The notes under the pieces were generated by a model. That model worked only from the letters and a program-made list of their open reading frames with translations. It was not told the DNA's origin and ran no database searches. A stretch of 57,205 nt of DNA from Myxococcota bacterium (GTDB taxonomy: Bacteria; Myxococcota_C; UBA6777): assembly GCA_023150835.1 (NCBI GenBank), contig JAKLKB010000058.1, positions 1 through 57,205 of the forward strand, read 5' to 3'. The translations under genes and the position numbers were made by a program. The first letter of the stretch is position 1; every line of letters starts with the position of its first letter. Positions 10,031 to 19,931 of this stretch are shown here, piece by piece.

Positions 10031-13000
10031 CGGCTTTGCTCCTTTGTGATTCGTAACGGTCGACCAAACAGCCTAAAGCTTCACGAGGCGAGGTTCCTGT
10101 GTTTAGGATGCAGAACTTGTCAAAAAGATCGAAAATTCTTTGCTCGACCAAGGAATGAAGTGCAGCCCCATGTTGTGCAAGGGCTTGGGGTGGCAACGAA
10201 AGCATTGAAGCCTCGATGTCTGAAACAAAAGCAATCACTTGCTTGTCAAAGTTGGCCTCTTGCGCATCATCCCACTTATCAGGGCTTCTCCCAACAAGCA
10301 AGCTCGCGACCGAATCAAGTAACAAATGACTTGTTTCATAAGGCATTTTCAAACGTGTAAGGAATCCGCGCTGCATCGCATTGAGTTGCTGATCGAGCGC
10401 GAGCGGGAATGCGCTACTCCATCGCGCTGTAACGGATTGGAGGCTTTCTCGCTGGTCAAGCGAACGAAGAGCGACACGGATGCTTTTTTCTGCGCTCTGA
10501 TAGTATAACTCTTTGATTTCGGATATCTCGTACAGGTCGACGGCTAATTCTTGGACAATCAGATTCAGATTTTTTTCGACTAAGCGGCTCAACGGAGAAT
10601 CTTCATTTCCTCCTTTAAGATAAATGCTCGGAAGTATTCGGAAAAAGAAATTGTAAGGATCTTGGAAAACGCGCAAAGCCTTTTGGAGGTGCTGAGTTCT
10701 CTCGGAAACGTTTTTACTTTGAAAAGCTCCCGGGGACTGCTCGCTCTTCCATTGAATCATCGCGTCGTAGCAGCGCCTCAAGACATCCGCGTCGGACCAA
10801 CTCAGTTCTTCTTGTTGGAACAGCTTGTATGCTTGGGTAAGATATCTCTTCTCTATATCTGGAAAAGAATAAGAGAAAAATTGATAATTCTCAGGCTCTT
10901 TGCAGATATCTTCGATGTGCGTAGGCAAAAGATCTTCAAGATATTCTCCGTTGCTGCGGCGTATTGAGTATGTCGCAGGAAAAGCTTTCAGGGACGCAGC
11001 AAACAACAGAGGCAGAATACCTTGCCTCAATCCATAAGGCGGAGATTCAAGTTGGCGTAAGAAAGACTCGATCGATTTGGCTTGGGTGGAAGGTCGCGCA
11101 ACAAACTCATAAAAAAGCTCCCACACCTCACGAAGCTCCCGATTATCAAGCTCCTCTGGATAAACCAACCGCCAACTCTCTTTTTCTTCTCGTTCTCCCG
11201 AAGCAAGGGAAGGTCGGTATAAACCCGATCGAAGGAAAAGAGTTCTGAAAAGAAAAGCATCCGCAGAAGTCTTGCTTTCCAAGCCCACAAAAGGCTGCCC
11301 GTAACGCTCCAATAGACCAAGGATCACTTTTTTCCTTGCATTTACGACGGGCTGCGTTGGGCGGTGTTTAACGATCAATTCGTTGTCGAACTTTGGTGTT
11401 TTTGGATAAAGCGCGTACGCGATCTGGGATAGTAATTCCCGAAATGCAGCGGAGTTGGAAACTTTCTGCTCTTGTCCTTTAGAAAAATAGCGCGTTTTTT
11501 GGAGATCAGGGGATTGCAAATTTTGGAGGCTCAAATGAAGCTGGCCTTGTGCGTCTTCGAGCATATGTTGAATTTCTTTGGATACGAGAGGATCCGTTGC
11601 CAGCAAATCGTGATCTTTTTGCAATTGGAGCAAACAATACGTTTCTAATGCGTAGGAGAGAAATGGCGTTTTTTCTTTTGGTAAGACAAAGATCTGCTGT
11701 TGTTTCCCAATCCGCTCGTATTGAAACAAAAGATCCGTTGCCATTTTCAGTTCTTGTTCATTTTCTGCTAAAATATAAAAAATATTTCCGTCTGCTTTTT
11801 CATTGCTTTGAAGCTGCAAAGCCATCGGATTTGCAAGATCGCCGAGAGTGAGATACCTGCCTAGAAAATAACGACGGATGGCCTTTTCATCGTTGTACCG
11901 CAACGGGCGCCAATCTTTGGGAGGGAACTCCTTGTTGAGAAACGGAACCAGTTGAAACATATTTTTTCTTTTTTGCACCTCCTCTTGAAGCTTCTCTCGA
12001 AGATTTGCGTCCGTACCATGCCAAACACTTACGGCGTCGTTGTGTTTTCGATGGAGTAGCAGCTTTCTTTCTAGCAGATCTTCTACCGTTTTTTCGATCA
12101 GAAGGGCTTCGTGAGGGCCTTGCGCAACGTGCTGCAACAAAGCTCTTGATGTTTTCTTTCTCTCTCCGGCCAACCCCAGGCTCAACAAACAAGCCGATTT
12201 TAATACTTCTACCGCAACAGCTTCGTTTTCTATTTTAGACAGAGCACTTTGCGTCTCAAGCCATTGGCGGTGGGTTCCTCCCACACCAACGTCCATCTGC
12301 ATTGAAGCAGAAAAAAAATCGTACAGATCAGCGGCGGAAGTGACTTTATTTAGTGAAATTTGATAGAGAAAATTGAAGATCGTGCGTTCGTTTTGCGCAA
12401 CACGCGCAGCCACAAGAGGCAAAAGATACAACGCTCCTGAATCCAACGGCCAAGCCCCCTCAAAAAGAGGGACCAATTCTTCCTCCGTGAAATCTGAGTA
12501 AAGGCCAAGCTCTTTGCTTTTCCTTGCAACGTTCGCCCAGTCGACTTTTTCAGGGATTTCCAGCCTTTTGCCCGTTTCTTCTTTTCGATCCTTGAGCAGC
12601 CTCACGATGAGTTGGTAAAGCTCGCGACTTTGATCCACGTAAAGCAGCGTAGAAAAGCGGCCTTCTACTTTTTTCCATTCTTTGAGTGCTTGCTGAGGTA
12701 AGTTCGCGCCATATTGAGACATTTGCTGATGAAGCAACAGTGCAAAAACGATGGGTATATCTTTTGATCGCGATACATACTCTGCAAAAAATTGTAGATC
12801 GTTGATTGCGAAACTATTCCCTTGTTGAGCGGTATATTCAAGATGCCGTCCAAATTCATCCCACAAGATCAAGATGCGCTCGTAATCTTGGGCCTCTTTT
12901 CGCACGTTCAGCAATTTTTCTTTTGCGGCATCCAAAAAGCGGATCGCGTCTTGGATATTGTGGACTTCTTTTTCTTTTTCGAGGGTTCGGGCTTGATGAG

Positions 13001-13463
13001 ATAACCCCACCCGACGGAAAGCGTCCAATGTTGCGCGTTTGAGTTCCTGTGCGAGGTTTTGGGTGGCCCCTTCCATGACGATGCACAGCCCTCTTCTTGT
13101 GGGCGCATCCAGCCGCCCTATCACGCCCGGCGCGGAAAGAGGGGCGACGTCAGCAAGTCGGCGACTGATTTTCTCCAGCGATGCTTTGGATTCAGCGCGG
13201 TTCTCGATCAGCAAGGCAGTGTAAGTAGCAGCAAGCGACTTTCCTGTGCCATAAGGAGCGATGATCATGAAGGCTCGCTGTTGTGGTTCTACCCCCCAAA
13301 GCGCCGCGATAACCTCACGCGACTTCGATGTCGGATAAAAGTGTTCGATGTGTTCGGGATGCTCGATGTCCAAGCGAACGTTGATAGAACGCAGAACAGG
13401 AACCGATGGGATGCGGTGTGAAAAGAGAGGCAGTTTGTTTGTTTCTCGTTCGCTTGTAGACAT
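10005..13463 (-). CDS. sspC: Large P-loop ATPase of the Ssp phosphorothioation system
   Basis: Walker A APYGTGKS, Walker B ILWDEFGRHLE, EWKKVEGRF, AQNERTIFNFL, PPYGLRQG; ATG 13463 with GAGG upstream; lies between DUF4007 and PAPS reductase genes. Confidence 0.85.
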   Translation of the reverse strand: MSTSERETNKLPLFSHRIPSVPVLRSINVRLDIEHPEHIEHFYPTSKSREVIAALWGVEPQQRAFMIIAPYGTGKSLAATYTALLIENRAESKASLEKISRRLADVAPLSAPGVIGRLDAPTRRGLCIVMEGATQNLAQELKRATLDAFRRVGLSHQARTLEKEKEVHNIQDAIRFLDAAKEKLLNVRKEAQDYERILILWDEFGRHLEYTAQQGNSFAINDLQFFAEYVSRSKDIPIVFALLLHQQMSQYGANLPQQALKEWKKVEGRFSTLLYVDQSRELYQLIVRLLKDRKEETGKRLEIPEKVDWANVARKSKELGLYSDFTEEELVPLFEGAWPLDSGALYLLPLVAARVAQNERTIFNFLYQISLNKVTSAADLYDFFSASMQMDVGVGGTHRQWLETQSALSKIENEAVAVEVLKSACLLSLGLAGERKKTSRALLQHVAQGPHEALLIEKTVEDLLERKLLLHRKHNDAVSVWHGTDANLREKLQEEVQKRKNMFQLVPFLNKEFPPKDWRPLRYNDEKAIRRYFLGRYLTLGDLANPMALQLQSNEKADGNIFYILAENEQELKMATDLLFQYERIGKQQQIFVLPKEKTPFLSYALETYCLLQLQKDHDLLATDPLVSKEIQHMLEDAQGQLHLSLQNLQSPDLQKTRYFSKGQEQKVSNSAAFRELLSQIAYALYPKTPKFDNELIVKHRPTQPVVNARKKVILGLLERYGQPFVGLESKTSADAFLFRTLFLRSGLYRPSLASGEREEKESWRLVYPEELDNRELREVWELFYEFVARPSTQAKSIESFLRQLESPPYGLRQGILPLLFAASLKAFPATYSIRRSNGEYLEDLLPTHIEDICKEPENYQFFSYSFPDIEKRYLTQAYKLFQQEELSWSDADVLRRCYDAMIQWKSEQSPGAFQSKNVSERTQHLQKALRVFQDPYNFFFRILPSIYLKGGNEDSPLSRLVEKNLNLIVQELAVDLYEISEIKELYYQSAEKSIRVALRSLDQRESLQSVTARWSSAFPLALDQQLNAMQRGFLTRLKMPYETSHLLLDSVASLLVGRSPDKWDDAQEANFDKQVIAFVSDIEASMLSLPPQALAQHGAALHSLVEQRIFDLFDKFCILNTGTSPREALGCLVDRYESQRSKADGDDERSA

Positions 13464-13498
13464 CTTCCTCACCAAAAGCACGACAAAGAGGGGCAAAC

Positions 13499-14383
13499 CT
13501 AAAGAGATGCTCTTTTATAGTACAGTTTAAGCCACGACAAGGGGGGCTTAGACTTGAAGCGTATTCCTTTCTCGCTGGCCAAATCGACCACAGAAAGTTC
13601 TTTCTCGTACGTTTGGTGGATGCTTAACAGCCATTCATAGAGCAATTCTCGTGTCATTTGGAAAAGGCTTGAAGGCGCGAACCTCGTGGTCACAAGAGAG
13701 GCGAACGGTAGCTCTTCTTGGCTGAGCAGACCGCTTGCTTCGAGAGCATAAAAGAAGAGTTCGGGTGGTGGGGGTTGGGGTGAGGGTGTTCGCCGATAAA
13801 AACCGGATTCTTTGTAGTGCGTCAACAAGCCCAGATCGGCGAGCGGGCTTGTTAGATTTTCCTCTGGATCGGTGTTTGGAGGAGGTAAAACTGTGGAATA
13901 GCTTTGTAAAAGGCATCCCAAGTCTCTCGCCAGCGTTTGACTGCTCCGCTCTTTTTCGCCTTGGAGATCAAGGGATCGCTTCCATTGTTCAAGGGCCGTG
14001 GACTTTTCAAACCGCTTTTCATGAAACGTATCAAAAAACCAAGACCACACTGCCGCATGTTTGGCTGCTGTGACCAAGTTGATGTGGATGGCCCACCACG
14101 TACCGTCAAGATTGAAAAAAGGATCGGCGTCCCAGATCAGTTCGCCCAAAAGGCTCGGTTTGACGGATGGCGCATCGTCTTGAAGACCTGTAGAAATCAA
14201 CCAGTGGTGGAGAGATTTCACCATATTCCGCCCAAGCCCCAACATATCGGAGGCTTCGGGACTGTACAGCACATCAGGAGCTTCCTTGAGTGCTTTAAGT
14301 CCTTTGTAAAGCCATCCTTCTCGGATGGGGAATGTTTCATGACCACCAAACTGCATCTCGCTACCTTTTTGTAATGGCTCCAT
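13499..14383 (-). CDS. sspB: DUF4007 family protein (SspB nickase-like)
   Basis: FGGHETFPIREGWLYKG, LGLGRNMVKSLHHWL, DPFF...TWWAIH, SPLADLGL; start overlaps the desulfurase stop. Confidence 0.88.
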   Translation of the reverse strand: MEPLQKGSEMQFGGHETFPIREGWLYKGLKALKEAPDVLYSPEASDMLGLGRNMVKSLHHWLISTGLQDDAPSVKPSLLGELIWDADPFFNLDGTWWAIHINLVTAAKHAAVWSWFFDTFHEKRFEKSTALEQWKRSLDLQGEKERSSQTLARDLGCLLQSYSTVLPPPNTDPEENLTSPLADLGLLTHYKESGFYRRTPSPQPPPPELFFYALEASGLLSQEELPFASLVTTRFAPSSLFQMTRELLYEWLLSIHQTYEKELSVVDLASEKGIRFKSKPPLSWLKLYYKRASL

Positions 14384-15537
14384 CAGCCGATGATTTCTTG
14401 TATTGCCCGATACTGCTGAACGATCACGTCCGCAGCTTTTTCTACTTCTGCAAGAGTATTGTCAACACCCAAGCTCAGCCGAAGACTCGCGTAGGCTTGA
14501 TCTTCGGAGAGTCCGAGCGCCAACAGGACATAGGACGGCTCTGGAAGGCCACTTGTACACGCCGAGCTTTGCGAGCAATAAACGCCCTCTTGATCGAGCC
14601 GCGCCATCAGCATTTGTCCGTCGACGCCTGTGAATTGAATGTTTGTCGTGTTGCAAACCCGATGTTCTGTGCTGCCGTTGATCCGAACTTCCGGACAGGC
14701 TCGGATGATCATGCCTTCGAGACGATCTCGCAGTTGCCGAAGATGTTGTTGCGTTTCGTCAAAGCGAGCCAAGCGAAGAGCGCAGGCTTTTCCCAACGCC
14801 GCGATTCCGGGAACGTTCTCTGTTCCTGGGCGCTGGCTTTGCTCTTGGCCTCCTCCGTACAACAACGGCGACAGCGTCGTGGGATCTTTGGCGTACAAGA
14901 CCGCGACACCGGGCGGAGCGTGCAGCTTGTGCCCCGTAAAGGAAAGATAGGAGATCGGTAGCTGTTGAAGATCAACAAACAATTTTCCAACAGCTTGTGC
15001 GGCGTCTGTATGCAACGGAACGTTGGCTTCTTTGCAAAGTTTGGCGATCTCTTCGATGGGTTGTATCGTGCCTGTTTCGTTGTTCACCCACTGGATAGAC
15101 AACAGCGATGGGGATGACTCAAGCGATGTTTCTACGTTATGAAGAGAGATGCGCCCATCGTGATCAACAGGAAGATAAGTGACTCGATGCCCCTCTCGCT
15201 CTAACATCCGACAGTATCGGAGCGTTGCGGAATGTTCGATGGTTGTGGTGACGATGTGAGCTTGCTTGTACTTCGACACCACAGAATGAAGGGCTTGGTT
15301 GTTGGATTCTGTACCGCAGCTAGTGAAAATGATCTGCTCAGGCAAAGCACCGATCAAGTCAGCGCAAGATTGACGGGCTTCACTCAAGAGAGTACGTGTT
15401 TTTTCACCGAGGGAATGGGCGCTTGATGGATTCCCAAAACAATCCTGCATCGCGAAGAGCGCTGCTTGTTGCACCTCTTCAAGAGGCCGCGTCGTGGCGT
15501 TGTTGTCGAGATAAAGATGCACGTTCGGCTCGATCAT
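14383..15537 (-). CDS. sspA: Cysteine desulfurase (IscS/DndA/SspA type)
   Basis: YLDNNATT, GNPSS, FTSCGTESNN, NNETG, HTDAAQ, PLP lysine FTGHK, RPGTEN, catalytic SACTSG. Confidence 0.93.
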   Translation of the reverse strand: MIEPNVHLYLDNNATTRPLEEVQQAALFAMQDCFGNPSSAHSLGEKTRTLLSEARQSCADLIGALPEQIIFTSCGTESNNQALHSVVSKYKQAHIVTTTIEHSATLRYCRMLEREGHRVTYLPVDHDGRISLHNVETSLESSPSLLSIQWVNNETGTIQPIEEIAKLCKEANVPLHTDAAQAVGKLFVDLQQLPISYLSFTGHKLHAPPGVAVLYAKDPTTLSPLLYGGGQEQSQRPGTENVPGIAALGKACALRLARFDETQQHLRQLRDRLEGMIIRACPEVRINGSTEHRVCNTTNIQFTGVDGQMLMARLDQEGVYCSQSSACTSGLPEPSYVLLALGLSEDQAYASLRLSLGVDNTLAEVEKAADVIVQQYRAIQEIIG

Positions 15538-15612
15538 CGATCGCTTTCAAATAAACCGAAGGGTTGAAAAAAGAGGGAGGCAATTCGTCTCTCAAATTTC
15601 GTTCGCAACGAT

Positions 15613-17706
15613 TTAGGATTTTAGGTCGTCTAGATGCTCTATCAATCTTGCTGAAAAAGTATTATAGCGTGCGACAAGAAACTCCCGATAACGATGTTCG
15701 GACGAAGACAAGAGCAATTCATGGCCATCGTTCGGAAGAAGATGATCGATGAGAACATTCGCAGTCAGCAAATTTTTGTACCTTCCCAAATCGTAGCTGC
15801 CAATTATCCTATTGCTATTGCTTAGGATAGGCGTTTTGTTGAGTGGGCTGTTCAGTATGTTGGCCGCATCCTTGCGAAGTTCGCTTGTCGACTCGCCGAT
15901 GTTGGTCACAGACGCCAATGGATAAACATGGTGTATTTCGATTTTTTCGTCATTGTTTTTTGCAATTTGCCAAGGTTTTATTTTTTTGTGCTCGTTTTGG
16001 TTTCCGATGAAGTCTCTTGGAGATCGGCTTAGAACGAATTGGTTGAAGCCCAACACGACCGCTTTGGGTATATCATCAACTTTATCAGCCCCTTCGTATT
16101 TGTCTCGTAACAATATTGTTTTGTCAGAATAATATTTTCGCTTTAATACTTCTGTTTCTAAAGTCGAAAACGGGTTTTTTAGATCTTTTTTAATCCAGCC
16201 AAGCAAATCATTTGTGTCAGTTACACACTGGTTGTTTTGATCTTTTATATAACCTCCACCAAATAAAGAAACCCAATACCAGTATTCGATTTTATCAAGA
16301 GCTTTCTTTGATTTCCAAACGTCATCAAAAGAAAGACAAAAGGCAATCGGCAAAAGCATTAATTTATAATGCAGATCAGAAGCATGAACAACGCCGCAAC
16401 GAAATTGAAGAAACATGAGGGAACGGATAATTGATTCCACGACACTTTCTGTGTTCGTATTTATTTGCTCTTCTGATAACGTGAGTATTTTTTGGCTCTT
16501 AACGTGCTGAGATAGTAACTCTTCTCCTGCTTTTGCCCAGCAACACATCGAGAGTACATTTAAATACCATTTTTTGAATTCTGATGTCGGGGCTTGGTTA
16601 TCAACGACCTTCATATATTTAGGGGACCAGTCAGTGCTTTCATCGTTCAGATGTTTTGGAGGTCTATAAGCGCTTTCAAGCTGAGAAACAATCCGCTCAG
16701 ACAAATTGGGCAAGTGGCTGTTTCTCGCAGCTCTCGCAACAACAAGATCGTAATTATCAAGCCTCGTACCGCCTCGATTCAACGCCTCAAAGGTAGCAAC
16801 AGCTCTAGGCAATTCAGTTGTTGGAGCCACGATAAGGGGCAACTTTTGCTCCAAAACAGAAAACAACGCAGCACTAATATTCGCGGACCAGTCAGCTCTG
16901 AGCCCAGACCATGCGTCATCCGAAGGCCATACGCTATCAGCAGGCTCCCTGTATTTTTCCAATTCTCGCAAAACCCCCTGTGAAAGTGGGCTGTCGCGGT
17001 TGGCTTCTATCGCCTCTTGCAGTTTTTCAACCCGTTGTTTGCCAATAACACTCAGCGCTTCTTTTAACCAACCGTTGTCTCTTTTTGATACTTCGTACAA
17101 AGGCACAAGACCTTCTTTTGCGGCTTCTTTAGCCAGATACTTTCTCAGCGGTAGGTTTGGATCGGGTGGAGGTTTATGAGCTGGATGCCACCAGTCGGAC
17201 ACTTGGTTTTTAAAAATTCTTTTAAAAACGATGTATTGCTCTAAATCGTTGGGATCGACGTCTTGAAAGCCTTTGGAACTCAAAGTATTCCAGCCAAAGA
17301 GATCAGAATCTTCGTCGCCGCTGTTGACTTTCAAAAACCAACGAAGCCGCACATTAGAATAAGCCGAGTCCCACGACTCCAACCATTCATTCGAAAAGAG
17401 ATCATAAAGTGCGGAACGCAAAGCTGTCATCCTTTGCTGGCCGTCGAGAAGGTACTCGCAAGGTGAGGCGCTATCATCGTTTATTGACTCCAACCTGCCG
17501 ATGGGCCGCGCAGCAAAATCTTTTCGAGTTCCTTGTAGCACAAGCAGACTGCCGGTAGGTATCGCGACAAGAAAAGAGGCTATCAGGCTCTGGATCTGCT
17601 CGATCTTCCACTTAAATTCCCGTTGAAAGTTTGGAAGGATAAGGGAGTTCGTGTCTATGTTACCCATCAGAGTGGAAAGTGGTTGTGATCTGTACTCGAA
17701 AGTCAT
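15613..17706 (-). CDS. sspE: DUF262 (ParB-like NTPase) plus C-terminal HNH-like domain; SspE/GmrSD-like restriction effector
   Basis: LPNFQREFKW, LLDGQQRMTAL, FEALNRGGTRL, C-terminal EIHHVYP...N..LNKT....SN; immediately upstream of sspA on the same strand. The sspE symbol rests on architecture and context. Confidence 0.7.
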   Translation of the reverse strand: MTFEYRSQPLSTLMGNIDTNSLILPNFQREFKWKIEQIQSLIASFLVAIPTGSLLVLQGTRKDFAARPIGRLESINDDSASPCEYLLDGQQRMTALRSALYDLFSNEWLESWDSAYSNVRLRWFLKVNSGDEDSDLFGWNTLSSKGFQDVDPNDLEQYIVFKRIFKNQVSDWWHPAHKPPPDPNLPLRKYLAKEAAKEGLVPLYEVSKRDNGWLKEALSVIGKQRVEKLQEAIEANRDSPLSQGVLRELEKYREPADSVWPSDDAWSGLRADWSANISAALFSVLEQKLPLIVAPTTELPRAVATFEALNRGGTRLDNYDLVVARAARNSHLPNLSERIVSQLESAYRPPKHLNDESTDWSPKYMKVVDNQAPTSEFKKWYLNVLSMCCWAKAGEELLSQHVKSQKILTLSEEQINTNTESVVESIIRSLMFLQFRCGVVHASDLHYKLMLLPIAFCLSFDDVWKSKKALDKIEYWYWVSLFGGGYIKDQNNQCVTDTNDLLGWIKKDLKNPFSTLETEVLKRKYYSDKTILLRDKYEGADKVDDIPKAVVLGFNQFVLSRSPRDFIGNQNEHKKIKPWQIAKNNDEKIEIHHVYPLASVTNIGESTSELRKDAANILNSPLNKTPILSNSNRIIGSYDLGRYKNLLTANVLIDHLLPNDGHELLLSSSEHRYREFLVARYNTFSARLIEHLDDLKS

Positions 17707-17997
17707 GTTGATGCCTCTTCGTGTTGTTCGCTTCCACCATACGTTTTCTTTTCATACGGCAAAGTTTCTTGGTTGTTGGATTATCTTTGTTGTCGTTCGC
17801 TTGTCAAGATATTTTCTTTTAGCCAGACAAGAAAAGCAAGCCAACATAGCCGCCCAACAAGAGAGCCAAACCGATCCACACGCAGCGTTGCAGATGCTGT
17901 TGGAAACACGCAGCTTGGAACCGCGTTATTGGACTGCCCGTCATCAAGAATGGCTGGCCTACCTCGAATCGGTCTGCAAAGCACCATAATCATTTCG

Positions 17998-18122
17998 ATT
18001 TCCCCACCCCGTGGCCGCAACAGCCCAAACGCCACTTCTGTTTGTTTGGAGAACTCGATCCCGCCGTAGAGCGGGGCTGCCTTGACCCCGCTCTACGGCG
18101 GGGCGTGGAACCCCACCCCAAA
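17998..18122. repeat. Family M variant containing a perfect 17-bp-stem hairpin
   Basis: First ~60 bp nearly identical to 19932-19995; arms cccgccgtagagcgggg (18060-18076) and ccccgctctacggcggg (18086-18102). Confidence 0.8.
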
Positions 18123-18235
18123 GATGCTTTTCCAAGCATTTCGATTGCGTTGCATCGATTTCGTTGTACATTTGACCTCCACAACAGAACTGACAAAACC
18201 AACGGGTAGCGGTTCAAAAAGAAAAGGAAAAAAAG

Positions 18236-18442
18236 ATGACATTGCTCGATATCTGTCAAAGCGTGAAAGAACTTTCTCGATGGGAAAAATTTCAATTAGT
18301 TCAACAACTCATTGCCGATCTGGCACAGGAAGAACAAACGACACCCCCTTTCGATGCACAAATGGAACAAGGCTACTGGAGCCAACAAAACGCTGTTGAA
18401 GCAGCCGTCGCACTCCAAGAAATGCTACGGGAACAAGGATGA
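18236..18442 (+). CDS. Small hypothetical protein, antitoxin-like partner of the downstream aspartic protease
   Basis: 68 aa, purine-rich RBS, ATGA coupling to the next gene; amphipathic ELSRWEKFQLVQQLIADL segment. Confidence 0.6.
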   Translation: MTLLDICQSVKELSRWEKFQLVQQLIADLAQEEQTTPPFDAQMEQGYWSQQNAVEAAVALQEMLREQG

Positions 18443-18693
18443 CATCTTCACGGAAAATAAACTATAGCACTCCTCCCGTTGGTCTTCAAACGGGGATGCC
18501 TTATCTTTCCCTTACGCTCTCCCGTGAACATCATTCTGTTGATGTATCTGCTCTTGTTGATTCGGGAAGCACTCTCAATGTTCTCCCGTACTCCGTCGGT
18601 GTTCAGCTTGGGTTAGACTGGCACTCTCAAACATTCCCTCTTCCGTCGCTGGTTGGAAACTTAAAAGGCTTACAAGCACTTGGGGTTATCTTA

Positions 18694-19718
18694 TAGCACT
18701 CCCCGATTGACATAAGCACAAAAGAAAATCATGCTCAGGCGAGGAGGTGTTGCATGGCTTATTCAGAAGACTTTCGCCAAAAAATCGTTGAAACTTATAT
18801 GGATGGAGAGGGTACCGTTCGCGGGATCGCCGAACGATTCAACGTTGGGAAAGACACCGTACGTCGATATCTTAAGCTTTACAGAGAAAAGAACTCCCTT
18901 GAGAAAAAACCGCATGGTGGTGGACGCCAATCCATCTTAAGCCAAGACGACGGTTACGAGAAGCTGAGAAAGCTTGTAGAGGAAAACAATACTCTCTATG
19001 ATCGCGAGTACTGCGGACTTCTCAAAGAAAGATATGGCATTCAGCTCGGAAAAAGTTCGCTCAACCGAGCTCTTCAGAAACTCGCTCTCTCAAAAAAAAA
19101 GTGACTTTTCATGCAACAGAGCAGCTAAGAGAAGACGTGCAAGAAAGTTTCTTAGACTATCTTGATGAGATCGATGGACTGCCTCCGGAACGCTTTGTCT
19201 TTGTCGACGAGGCAGCGGCGAACTATCATCTCGTCAGGACAGAAGGAAGAGCTACAAAAGGCAAAAGAGTATACGGAAGGAGGCCTCACCACCGAGGAAA
19301 ACGCATCAGTATGTTGGGTGCGCTTGGGTTTCTCGGGTTGGTGACAGGGATGTTTTGGGAAGGCTATGTGGGCGCAGAAGCCTTTGAGATCTTTGTCAAA
19401 GACTACCTTCTTCCAAATGTAAAGCCCGGAGACATCGTGATCTGGGATAATTATAGTGTCCACAAACGCTACGAATACGAAAAAATGCTGAACGAGAAAG
19501 GGGTTTATCTCTTATTTTTGCCTCCTTATAGTCCTGAACTTTCGCCGATAGAACAGTGTTGGTCAAAGATCAAAACGATCATGAGAAGTGCTGCGGCAAC
19601 CACTGTGGATGGACTTTATGATGCCTTTTGCGAAGGATATTTGGCCGTGACTGCTGAAAACGCGCAAGGTTGGTTTCGTGGATGCGGATACTGTGCTTAA
19701 ACCAAACGGGGAGCGCTA
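18694..19718 (+). mobile_element. IS630-family insertion sequence
   Basis: Imperfect ~27-bp terminal inverted repeats tagcactccccgattgacataagcaca / tgtgcttaaaccaaacggggagcgcta, flanked by tta on both sides. Confidence 0.92.
18754..19700 (+). CDS. IS630 transposase as two ORFs (HTH 18754-19104; DDE 19101-19700) joined by a probable -1 frameshift
   Basis: MAYSEDFRQK HTH; FVDE, WDN...HK and YSPELSPIE DDE motifs; A9 run at 19092-19100 with ORF B in the -1 frame. Confidence 0.9.
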
Positions 19719-19931
19719 TTAGATTGTGTTATTTATCCTTTTCCTTCTGTGAAGCTTGCGTTTGCTTGGACATCGAGCGATCAAGTGCCGATCTTGCTCG
19801 GCCAAACAAACTTTTTTACACAATTCGACGTTTGCTTTCTTGGTTCGCAAAATAGGTTCGAACTCTTTTATCCTGCTCGCCGCCACCCCATGACACCCAG
19901 CGATATTCCTTGAACAAAGCGACAAAAAGAA

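Larger units (their letters stand above)
18439..19913 (+). pseudogene. Retropepsin-like aspartic protease gene interrupted by IS630
   Basis: 5' half has ALVDSGS (18439-18693). 3' half (19722-19913) reads DCVIYPFPSVKLAFAWTSSDQVPILLGQTNFFTQFDVCF..., including the retropepsin ILLG motif. Removing the IS and one TTA gives an open 148-codon frame. Confidence 0.85.

Noticed and set aside
14383-15537. Housekeeping iscS/nifS of Fe-S assembly
   Set aside because: No iscU/suf neighbours; translationally coupled to the DUF4007 gene
9215-17706. BREX type 4 or classical Dnd system
   Set aside because: No pglZ, brxL, dndB, dndD or dndE recognisable; DUF4007 + ATPase + small PAPS reductase + desulfurase fits Ssp
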